From the IMG/VR virus record IMGVR_UViG_3300018427_000754: a stretch of DNA of 64,000 nt. One strand, 5' to 3'. A model generated the notes under the pieces. It searched no databases. It saw nothing but the letters and a program-made list of their open reading frames with translations, and was not told where the DNA came from. Origin of the DNA: an uncultured virus (IMG/VR IMGVR_UViG_3300018427_000754) (taxonomy: Duplodnaviria > Heunggongvirae > Uroviricota > Caudoviricetes). The translations under genes and the position numbers were made by a program. Shown in pieces: positions 57,101 through 64,000 of this stretch; positions within the stretch are counted from its first letter, which is position 1; the number at the start of each line of letters is the position of its first letter.

Positions 57101-57958
57101 TTTAATGGTCTGGAACTGTCGGTAAGGTGTCGTAATAAATCTGGATCCAAGCACCCATCTGCCATCTAGTTCTTTAAAATCATGAATGAAGAAACCTCTT
57201 TCCTGCCCTTCGTCATTAAAATTAAGTGCGTTGATTGCACCGGAATAAAAAACATTGCGAAGTCCTTCGATTTCCTGCGGCCGGTGGATATGCCCAAGGA
57301 ATACTCCGTCGAAATCAGCTGCAAGAAGAGCTTCCTGTGGAATCACCGGTTCAAAATTGGCAAAGAATGCGGTCTGTCCGGATTCTGCATTCGCTCCCGG
57401 CACTGTGTAATGCGCCATAAGAATTGCCGGTTTGTCTTTTCCGCACATAGCACGGAGTCCCATGGTGATGGTACTGATATGTTCTGTCCAGATCAGATTC
57501 TCATCTTCAACTTTGACATCAGGGAACTTCGCTCTAAATTCCTGTTTTTCAAACCCCGGTATGCAGGCGATATCTGCATATGCTGTATGTATCACTTGCG
57601 GCTCCATAACTACTTCTACGTTCTTGTACGGTGCCAACAGTTCTGCCAGCATCCTGTACTGACCGGCTCCATCATGATTCGGTGTGCCTCTCATAACAAT
57701 CACATGCTCTGCGATTGACGCCAATTCCACGATAAAATCTGTCGCTGTCAATACCTCATCCGTGTATCTGGATGGAGCAACAAGCTCCTTATCTAAAATG
57801 TCTCCTGAGATACAAACGATATTGGGGATTTCTTCCCATGCCTTATTTACCATGTGACGGATACAGTTCAAAGTATCCATATAACGGACATTCACTCCGT
57901 TCTCCATCGGTCCTTGCTGTGGACCGATATGCCAATCTGCTGTATGTAAAATCTTCAT
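54113..57958 (-). CDS. SbcD-SbcC (Mre11-Rad50-like) single-chain fusion
   Basis: HTADWH, GD, NHD, GHIH phosphoesterase motifs; GTNGAGKSS, coiled coil, SGGE, FIDE, ITHD in one 1281-aa ORF. Confidence 0.9.
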   Translation of the reverse strand: MKILHTADWHIGPQQGPMENGVNVRYMDTLNCIRHMVNKAWEEIPNIVCISGDILDKELVAPSRYTDEVLTATDFIVELASIAEHVIVMRGTPNHDGAGQYRMLAELLAPYKNVEVVMEPQVIHTAYADIACIPGFEKQEFRAKFPDVKVEDENLIWTEHISTITMGLRAMCGKDKPAILMAHYTVPGANAESGQTAFFANFEPVIPQEALLAADFDGVFLGHIHRPQEIEGLRNVFYSGAINALNFNDEGQERGFFIHDFKELDGRWVLGSRFITTPYRQFQTIKWSTEDVEEYLQTGELFLQANNYPELIDGKIVRVKYDCTEKQKKALNTHLLRKSLTDMGAFMVTDVLEETVFDVVNKGLLSEESDPLANLKKYLDEKCIKDADAITELAEPIISKALSQNGEALYNGVFRPVSIRVKNYRNYKEASFDFSDVTFCTINGTNGAGKSSLFMDAIIDCLFEEPREGKKVGWIRASDDAKSGDIEFIFDIGEKRFRILRSRAKYGAPKLNISQLAENGTDWINVSKETMDQTEEEIKKIVGMDSMTFKSCALIMQDQYGLFLQANKTDRMAILGNLLGLKLYEEMKKEAEAKFTAFKREVASGNTKIEVKSNQIKSKGDPEQELDELENRIEKTEKDIMVCIEQEATARTEHAAYEKLKSEYWELTEKRGDLCRKKNEIANKKQEAELEIGIYKKFLEEEAVIVSAVAEHTRLTEMLPELSKKQAQYEEALKQLEAFRTKTAKTEQEITLLKEKISEIDEKIAYYQNLYPADLEERYGMLLSLRALLGEQRRKKELYFEHREKTSDKRREILEEYQHWTNKEDQEKLRVYACEEQQRFLNQSGCIDVGNARCEFLKKAKEMVLTTESHRELYEMAKSNAAQCKARYEQLDASLSVEIEQIGYDPHEEERLISEIYALEKYELMKKQNDENKLQIARLEAEKESSHKFLREYEQTLSTLILDIQRATETVDGLSGIQGEYENVRNRCAELAPYVEKEKQIPVFRTKMQFIEESILSYEKEWKELDEQCEECQKSMFAVKALSDTFTFTVNEKPEVLRTRIDALQGELMDMQVKKGGIIQRAEDVKALEADVKVLRAQVKENSKLQSYYETLKQAFSQDGVPHQIIRNFIPHITGVANSILGSMTGGTMGIEFSLEKEASKKGGGEKPALDVLIHEYGKNVMPYVSKSGGEKVKASLAVILALAEVKASYAGIQLGMLFIDEAPFLDADGTNAYCDALETIRERYPDTIVMAITHDPEFKSRFPQAVTIVKDEEGSHVQWG

Positions 57959-58389
57959 TATTCCTGCCCCCTTGCCTTCTTTGTAAGCATCTCAAGTGTC
58001 GGGTATAAAAGGTCGAACTGTTCGTCATTCATCCCACAGAAGCTGATTCCATCCCTATGCCAAACCTCTCCGATAATCAATATGTTCCCTACAATAAAAT
58101 GACCATGTATGTCTGTTTCGTACAGCCAGCTTCCGACTGTATTAACAGGAACGTCATGCCACAGTCCTTCTTCATCGACCAGCATGCTGACGCAGCTTCC
58201 TCTTTCTTTGGAAACCCTGTTTGAACCTCCAAGATGTGAATACAGTCTTTTCGGCATGACATGTTCAACAAGACTGCATTTTGGTCCTATCAGTTCTCTA
58301 AGAAATTGATTCTGTTCTGACACGGAAAGCTCATCCGGGAATTCGTGAATGGAGATTTCGTTGTCCGTTGAAATACGAATTATTTTCAT
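57958..58389 (-). CDS. DUF3846-like phage protein
   Basis: MLVDEEGL...PVNTVGS.LY...IVGNIL. Confidence 0.65.
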   Translation of the reverse strand: MKIIRISTDNEISIHEFPDELSVSEQNQFLRELIGPKCSLVEHVMPKRLYSHLGGSNRVSKERGSCVSMLVDEEGLWHDVPVNTVGSWLYETDIHGHFIVGNILIIGEVWHRDGISFCGMNDEQFDLLYPTLEMLTKKARGQE

Positions 58390-59477
58390 TGTCTTCTCGC
58401 TCCTCTCTGGCAATTTCTACATAACGGACGACCAAATTTGTTCATGGAATATTCATGAACTCGCTGGTCAATTACTGCACCACAGCTCATGCACTGATAA
58501 GCCGGTACCTGCTGAGCAGAAGGTGCGGACTGGTAAGATGTCGCTGGTGGATACTCTTCTGCTTCTTCCGTTGTCGGTTCTTCATATACCTCTTCCTGTT
58601 CTTCCGGCTCATTGTATGTTGCTGGGAGGGCCACTGTCTGTTGAATCACAGGAGTTCCAAAAAGGCTGGCTGTAGAACCAAGACATCGCTGTAGCATCAT
58701 CTGTTTTACCATCGGGTCATTGTAGTCCGGAGAAAAAGCCATTCTGGCAACTGCAAATGGTTTCTGTAACTCTTCTCTTGTATAACTGGACGGCATTCCA
58801 AGAAGACTTCTCACAACTCTTGCCTTCGCTCCTGTCGCTGCCTTTTGAGGTGCTGATGCTCTCAACTGAGTCATGGCATCTACAAGACTTCTTTCGATGT
58901 AGCGCTGTTTTTCGTTCTCTTCAATCACATATTTCTTTATTGGATAACCGTTCTGTGGGTTAGTTCTTCCTGTATCTACCCATGTTCCCCGGTATCTCTT
59001 TTCGGCTTCTTTCGCCTGTCTGTATTCCTCAATTCCCCGTTCCGCTTTTTCTTCATATGCAAAACGGAACTTTTTCTCTTCGGATTTCAAATCAATTATC
59101 TTGATATCGCTCATTCGCGCCAGAGAGCCATCCGGAAGCATCATTTCTCCATAAGCTTTCGCTTCCCACGTATCTTCGTCTATCTTTCTGATCTGAACTG
59201 CGCTGTCTGGTATGTCGATACCTGCATTGATTGCGACCCTATTAAGGAACTGCCAATGTAAAGAGTAGATATCTACATATTCCTCTCTATTTCCATTCCT
59301 TACAGGCATGCGTCCAGAAACGTAGATGTCTTTTTTCGCCGGATCCAGTTCCGGTCTCAATGGTGTGACTGTAATTTTATAAAAGGGATTTACTTGCTGA
59401 ATCACCTGAACAGGTATTGCAAGATTGAATTCGTTCTTTCTTTGAAGAACTGTATCTAAAGAATATTGTTCTGACAT
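58386..59477 (-). CDS. Hypothetical recombination-module protein (possible SSAP) with C-terminal Zn finger
   Basis: Upstream of SbcCD; ATGAKARVVRSLLG; CMSCG...LCRNCQ. Confidence 0.5.
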   Translation of the reverse strand: MSEQYSLDTVLQRKNEFNLAIPVQVIQQVNPFYKITVTPLRPELDPAKKDIYVSGRMPVRNGNREEYVDIYSLHWQFLNRVAINAGIDIPDSAVQIRKIDEDTWEAKAYGEMMLPDGSLARMSDIKIIDLKSEEKKFRFAYEEKAERGIEEYRQAKEAEKRYRGTWVDTGRTNPQNGYPIKKYVIEENEKQRYIERSLVDAMTQLRASAPQKAATGAKARVVRSLLGMPSSYTREELQKPFAVARMAFSPDYNDPMVKQMMLQRCLGSTASLFGTPVIQQTVALPATYNEPEEQEEVYEEPTTEEAEEYPPATSYQSAPSAQQVPAYQCMSCGAVIDQRVHEYSMNKFGRPLCRNCQRGARRQ

Positions 59478-59608
59478 AATTTCCTCCATATTGCATATTT
59501 TCGATTTGATTTTTGAGTTAAGACATGATACAATATGGCTATGTTGTTGGGAGGGTCCATTGCTACGGCGTGGGCCTTTTTTATTGCTCATGTATAACTC
59601 TTTCATAA

Positions 59609-59872
59609 CTAGTTACCTGTGGAATCTTCGGAGCTGGACTGTTCTGCAAGATATTCTTCTAATGCCTGCTCCAGTGTCTTTTCCTGTGGCCCAACAAATT
59701 CAGCTTCCTGTGCAAGCTTCCATTCGTTATATGTAGGATATTCATCATAGGACAGCGGGCTCATAAACTGTTCGGAATATACAGAAATTCCAAATGTCAA
59801 AAATAAAGTGATTCCCATCATTAATCCAAAAAACATAATGACCGGGTCTAATTTTCTAATAAGTTTTCTCAT
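59609..59872 (-). CDS. Small membrane protein
   Basis: N-terminal TM helix; SD AAGGAG. Confidence 0.55.
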   Translation of the reverse strand: MRKLIRKLDPVIMFFGLMMGITLFLTFGISVYSEQFMSPLSYDEYPTYNEWKLAQEAEFVGPQEKTLEQALEEYLAEQSSSEDSTGN

Positions 59873-60015
59873 TTCTTTTCTCCTTTTGCTTTCTCATTTT
59901 TGTTATCGGTTTTCTTTTTGCTTTGGCACCATGGGCAGATATAGCCCTCTTTCGGAATCTTGGCATATATGCTTATGTTCCATGAGGCACCACATTCCCT
60001 GCACCTTGCCATCAT
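59869..60015 (-). CDS. Zn-finger microprotein
   Basis: CRECGASWNIS...YICPWC. Confidence 0.55.
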   Translation of the reverse strand: MMARCRECGASWNISIYAKIPKEGYICPWCQSKKKTDNKNEKAKGEKK

Positions 60016-60031
60016 CTGGATTTCACTCCTC

Positions 60032-60199
60032 TCATACGGCCAATCGCAACTGGCCATTTCTTTCTACAACTACCATTTGGGAAATCTCTTTTTCGAATTC
60101 TTCTGCCGCTATGCTCTTCTGCTCTTTTTCGTCCTGGCAGTCGCATCTTTCTCCCGGATCCAAGAATGCTCCGCATTCTGGGCAAACATATCCGTGCAT
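60032..60199 (-). CDS. 55-aa Zn-finger microprotein (not in ORF track)
   Basis: MHGYVCPECGAFLDPGERCDC... Confidence 0.6.
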   Translation of the reverse strand: MHGYVCPECGAFLDPGERCDCQDEKEQKSIAAEEFEKEISQMVVVERNGQLRLAV

Positions 60200-60477
60200 T
60201 TTTCACCATCCTTTCTGATTGTTTTCTGATTGAATCTGTTAACAAAATCTCCAATATCGACCTCGTCCAAAAGGTAAGCCTTTCTGAAAATCCATTTAGG
60301 AATCGTTCCTTCCTTACTTCCTCTGAACATCAGACCTTCGGATTCCAAAGCCTCTCTTAAGTCACGAATCATCTCGTATGCCTTTGAACGTCCTACATTC
60401 ATGATTTCCATCACATCCTGTGCGGTATAGTAGGACCTGTCTTTTGGAGAAAGTTTCTTTATAACTCCTTTTGCCAT
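60109..60477 (-). CDS. Excisionase-like winged-helix protein
   Basis: YYTAQDVMEIMNVGRSKAYEMIRDL. Confidence 0.65.
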   Translation of the reverse strand: MAKGVIKKLSPKDRSYYTAQDVMEIMNVGRSKAYEMIRDLREALESEGLMFRGSKEGTIPKWIFRKAYLLDEVDIGDFVNRFNQKTIRKDGEKCTDMFAQNAEHSWIREKDATARTKKSRRA

Positions 60478-60487
60478 AAGCTCCTCC

Positions 60488-60964
60488 TTATCTGAGATTT
60501 TTCTCTGCCCATACCTTCAAGCTCTGTGCCATCTGTGCAACATCTTCAAGATTTCTCAGAACCTTTTCTAACGTTGGTCGTTCATCTTCACTGATAATCC
60601 CATCAGCTGCTATATCCAAAAGTTCTTCTTTCGAAGTGGCCAGCCTTGATAATGCCGACAGTGTTTTAACCGTGATGCGGTCAAGATCTTCCAGTTCTAA
60701 CTTTGGCATGTCATATCCTAGTGGACATACATTTGTACAATAATAATTTCTTAGCTCAGGAGCATTATACAAATCTGCCATCAAATGGACTTCTTCTGGA
60801 TAAGGATTAGTAATTCCACTCTCAATTCTATAAAGCCGACCTCGGTCAATCGACATAATGTCTGCTGCGCCTTCACGACTACTCAGCTGTTCATTGTGTG
60901 ATGATGCCGCATAACGTGCTTTATAAAATACGTTGGAACTTGTTGATGCAGTAATATTTGACAT
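60488..60964 (-). CDS. Phage regulatory protein (XRE/CII-like)
   Basis: SREGAADIM...LYRIE...YNAPEL..YYC...DGIISEDE. Confidence 0.7.
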   Translation of the reverse strand: MSNITASTSSNVFYKARYAASSHNEQLSSREGAADIMSIDRGRLYRIESGITNPYPEEVHLMADLYNAPELRNYYCTNVCPLGYDMPKLELEDLDRITVKTLSALSRLATSKEELLDIAADGIISEDERPTLEKVLRNLEDVAQMAQSLKVWAEKNLR

Positions 60965-61000
60965 TTTCTTTTAGACCTCCGAATTTTATAATTATTTAAA

Positions 61001-61355
61001 GTCAATTTTCCATGGACTTTATGTGCAAAAAAAATCCGTTGATTTATCACATGCTTCAGAAATGATAACAGCCATCTCGTAACTTAGTCTAATATTCCCA
61101 CGTTCAAGTTCTGAAACCCATTGTTTTGACTTTCCTATCATTTTCCCGAGTTCTGTTTGAGTCAATTTTGCTTCGCATCGAGCATCTTTTACTCTTTGTG
61201 ATACATTCATGGTTTCGATTTTCATTTTGCCCCTCCTTTCAGTCCATGTTTTATGGACATTATCATAATAGTCCATTTTTTATGGATTGTCAATACATTT
61301 GTCAATAAATCATGGACTTTATTCATCTTGTCTTGTTTGTCCAATTTTTTTGGAC
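61001..61355. promoter_or_regulatory. Five 17-bp palindromic operators GTCMA-N7-TGGAY
   Basis: Copies at 61001, 61242, 61271, 61301, 61339. Confidence 0.8.
61019..61225 (-). CDS. Cro-like XRE regulator
   Basis: LTQTELGKMIGKSKQWVSELERG; divergent from cI. Confidence 0.85.
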   Translation of the reverse strand: MKIETMNVSQRVKDARCEAKLTQTELGKMIGKSKQWVSELERGNIRLSYEMAVIISEACDKSTDFFCT

Positions 61356-61379
61356 TATAATTTAATGTAGGAGGCGCCT

Positions 61380-62015
61380 ATGTCAGGAAAAAGAATTAAA
61401 TATTTACGAAAATTGAATAACCTTACTCAAACAGAATTAGGAAAAAAGTTAGGTGTAATTAAACAGACTGTCAGCAGCTGGGAAAATGATATTTCTCAGC
61501 CAAGTAACGATTCTTTAGCAATTATGTCGAAACTATTCGGTGTCAGCATTGACTATATATTAGATGTCGATAATTCTACTTACTTTATCTCATTTGATTC
61601 CGACGACGCTGAAATAAAAAACATTTTTCAAAGCAGGCTTAAAAAAAGTTTAGAACGAAGACAAATTGATGAAGATGCATTAAGTGAAATTACACACATA
61701 GATAAAAATGTAATACACAAGTACTTACACGAAGACAAGCAACCCACTTTTAGGGACTTAAAAGTAATCGCCTTTTCTTTGAATATACGAACGGATTATT
61801 TGCTTGGTCTGTCTGAAGCAGAAAATTTTGCTGTCGACGAGGCCTATATCCAGACTAATGCCGAATTTAAGATAGTAAACACCTTTCGATGTTTAAGCGA
61901 GGATAATCAGGACATTGCTTTGGGAGAATTAAAAAAACTGTTAAAAGACCAAACCAAAGAAGAAGCTGATTTATTATCTGAAGCCAAAACAGGAACAGAT
62001 GACTCGGGAAAATAA
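61380..62015 (+). CDS. CI-like repressor with two XRE HTH domains
   Basis: LTQTELGKKLGV...WEND...SIDYIL; second HTH ending TDYLLG. Confidence 0.85.
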   Translation: MSGKRIKYLRKLNNLTQTELGKKLGVIKQTVSSWENDISQPSNDSLAIMSKLFGVSIDYILDVDNSTYFISFDSDDAEIKNIFQSRLKKSLERRQIDEDALSEITHIDKNVIHKYLHEDKQPTFRDLKVIAFSLNIRTDYLLGLSEAENFAVDEAYIQTNAEFKIVNTFRCLSEDNQDIALGELKKLLKDQTKEEADLLSEAKTGTDDSGK

Positions 62016-62062
62016 TTCCCTTCGAGTGGTGCCGAAGGGAACATTTAAGAAAGAGATAATCC

Positions 62063-62395
62063 ATGAAGAATACAGGTCAAATCATCAAATCTCTCCGGGA
62101 AGAATCCAGGATGTCCCAGTTGCAGCTGGCCAAGATTGCTGGATGTTCCGGACAAGTTATTTCCAATATTGAAAGAAGCTACACCAAGCCTACGACTGAT
62201 ATCGTGCATCGGATAGCTGAACATTTTAAAATATCTGCAGACTATATCCTCGGCCTTTCTGAGGAAAGATGCAGATCTGCTCTTGCCATTACTGACAATA
62301 ACGAAATAGACATCATTGAACAGTTCCGGAGACTGACCTGTGAGAAACAGGAGATGTTGATGGCCATCATAACAGAGATGTCTAAATCCATCTAA
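62063..62395 (+). CDS. XRE-family regulator
   Basis: MSQLQLAKIAGCSGQVISNIER...SADYILG. Confidence 0.82.
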   Translation: MKNTGQIIKSLREESRMSQLQLAKIAGCSGQVISNIERSYTKPTTDIVHRIAEHFKISADYILGLSEERCRSALAITDNNEIDIIEQFRRLTCEKQEMLMAIITEMSKSI

Positions 62396-62396
62396 C

Positions 62397-62726
62397 AAAA
62401 AAGACCATTCCAGCTCTTGGCCGGAATGGTCGTAATTTTATAATATGCTTAACCAGGCAACTGGTAGGACAGCTTCCATCCACTCCGGAGTCTTACGGAA
62501 GGGGATGGTAATTATGAGTACATATGAAGAGTTTATGATTATCATTGCAGTCGCAAGTCTGATTGTATCTATTCTTAATTTTACACATAAAAAATAGCCG
62601 TCCTGTCTCTGGTAAAGCCTAGGACGACTATTTCAAGTTAACTGTTTTCCCGGAGCGGATGGGGTGCATCCATCTTTTCCAGTTGTCTTGTTAAGTATAT
62701 TATAACAATTTAGTTTAAAAAGTCAA
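62397..62726 (-). ncRNA. Predicted antisense antitoxin RNA (promoter to terminator)
   Basis: Minus-strand TTGACT-16-TGtTATAAT at 62726-62699; hairpin GACCATTCC/GGAATGGTC plus T tract at 62397-62431. Confidence 0.5.
62514..62597 (+). CDS. 27-aa type I toxin (holin-like toxin type)
   Basis: MSTYEEFMIIIAVASLIVSILNFTHKK; single TM helix plus basic tail; SD GGAAGGGG. Confidence 0.8.
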   Translation: MSTYEEFMIIIAVASLIVSILNFTHKK

Positions 62727-62820
62727 CGCAACTTTTTAACATGGGTTTTTATCATTCCATTGCTGGTAGTCTGGACAGCTTTCCTTCACGTGTCCAACAA
62801 TCACATACGGAGGTGGCACT

Positions 62821-64000
62821 ATGCCTGCATACAAATATTTTTTAAAAAACGGAAGAGTCAAATGGTATGCTACATTCTACTATACTGACTGGACAGGAGA
62901 ACAATGCAGAAAACTCAAAAGAGGTTTCCTTAGAAAAGCGGATGCCGAAGCTTATGAACGAGAATTCCTTACAAGGTATGCATCGGATCCGACGATAACA
63001 TTTGCAGCTCTTGTTGATAACTATCTCGAAGACATGAATGAACGTCTGAAGCCTACAACAATGGGCACAAAAACGAACATTATCCAGACCAAGCTCATTC
63101 CATTCTTCGGGAAGATGAAGATCAACGAGATTGACGAAGGGAAAATCCGAAAATGGCAGAATGAACTCATTCGGTACAGGAATGAGAATGGAGAAGAATT
63201 TTCCCAGACATATCTCCGGACCATAAACAACCAGATGTCCAGTATCATGAATTACGCAGTCAAATATTATAAGCTCCGTTCTAATCCATGCCACGCAGCC
63301 GGATACATGGGCAAGAACAAGGCAGGAGAAATGAATATATGGACACAGAACCGTTTTGAGGAAGTCATGCAATATGAGACAAAAAGCATCTATCAGCTCC
63401 TGTTCCGGCTCCTGTTCTACAGTGGAATCCGTTCAGGCGAAGTACTTGCTCTGACTCCGGAAGATATCTGTCGTGATGAAGCTGCCATAGACATCAACAA
63501 GAACTATGCTGTGGTCGACCAGATAGAATATTTTCTGACTCCAAAAACCGAGCGAAGCATCCGGAAGGTCACAATACCTCCATCCCTTCATTCCGATCTG
63601 CTGGAATACATCGACAGCATCTACATCGAACCAGAAGAAAGGATATTCTATTTCCGCCGCACCGCCATCAGCAAAGAACTGCAGATTGTCATGACAAAAG
63701 CAGGCATCGAAAAAGACTCTGAAGAATGGCTTCGAGTCCATGATCTGAGACACAGCCATGCATCCATGCTGATACACATGAAAAAAGACATCGGAGAAAT
63801 ATCCCGACGTCTTGGCCATGATTCCTATAAGACCACATGGGACACCTATTCCCATCTCTATCCCGGCACCGATCGGGCGCTTGCTGATGAAATCGATGAA
63901 CTCATTGCCAGCGATAACGAGCAACGGAACATAACAGAATCAGAAAGTGAAGGATTCCGGATGATTGCAGGTTCTCCATTCAGCCGCAAAAGCCAGTATA
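62821..64000 (+). CDS. int: Tyrosine integrase (3' end beyond the window)
   Basis: Manual translation MPAYKY...KRGF; SGIRSGE, HDLRH, RLGH...TWDTY catalytic motifs; no stop before 64000. Confidence 0.93.
   Translation, partial: MPAYKYFLKNGRVKWYATFYYTDWTGEQCRKLKRGFLRKADAEAYEREFLTRYASDPTITFAALVDNYLEDMNERLKPTTMGTKTNIIQTKLIPFFGKMKINEIDEGKIRKWQNELIRYRNENGEEFSQTYLRTINNQMSSIMNYAVKYYKLRSNPCHAAGYMGKNKAGEMNIWTQNRFEEVMQYETKSIYQLLFRLLFYSGIRSGEVLALTPEDICRDEAAIDINKNYAVVDQIEYFLTPKTERSIRKVTIPPSLHSDLLEYIDSIYIEPEERIFYFRRTAISKELQIVMTKAGIEKDSEEWLRVHDLRHSHASMLIHMKKDIGEISRRLGHDSYKTTWDTYSHLYPGTDRALADEIDELIASDNEQRNITESESEGFRMIAGSPFSRKSQY

Larger units (their letters stand above)
327..64000. mobile_element. Temperate siphovirus-like prophage (integrase end truncated by the window; boundaries approximate)
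   Basis: Ordered lysogeny, replication, packaging, head, tail and lysis modules; tape measure present, no sheath gene recognised; att sites not identifiable. Confidence 0.95.

Noticed and set aside
60109..60200. C-terminal extension of the excisionase-like ORF as a functional domain
   Set aside because: Overlaps a more convincing 55-aa CxxC...CDC ORF; probably read-through from a lost stop
62842..63924. Minus-strand ORFs of 176, 75 and 163 aa
   Set aside because: Antisense to the integrase, which the track missed because it has no stop inside the window
1..64000. Additional VR copies, tRNA genes and att core repeats
   Set aside because: None seen by eye; the integrase-side boundary is outside the window. 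BLASTN of TR and tRNAscan-SE would be needed to exclude them

Overview
Almost the whole window is one temperate, siphovirus-type prophage of a Firmicute, probably a Clostridia/Lachnospiraceae-like host (inferred from gene families and strong SD sites). It is drawn right to left. Right end: tyrosine integrase (62821 to beyond the window end), a type I toxin-antitoxin locus and a cI/cro switch with five 17-bp operators. Minus strand, early region: SbcD-SbcC fusion, replisome organiser with iterons, PcfK/PcfJ, DUF5131, RecU, a beta clamp and many small accessory genes. Late region: activator and late promoter, then Na+/solute symporter, two PP-loop (PAPS-reductase-like) and two ParB-like genes, terminase, portal, a MuF-type minor capsid protein with toxin-like C-terminus plus candidate immunity gene, two candidate anti-defence sponge fusions, head and tail genes. 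A complete diversity-generating retroelement (2006-aa tail target with VR, avd, TR, RT) has 14 TR/VR mismatches, all at TR adenines. Lysis genes and an amidoligase/GGCT moron lie at the left end. Best candidates for undescribed biology: the symporter + PP-loop + ParB cluster, the sponge-domain fusions, a Com-like ATA-start microprotein that may gate tape-measure translation, and a 15-nt 16S-complementary element before the scaffold gene. Family assignments come from motif recognition only; no searches were run and the att sites could not be located.
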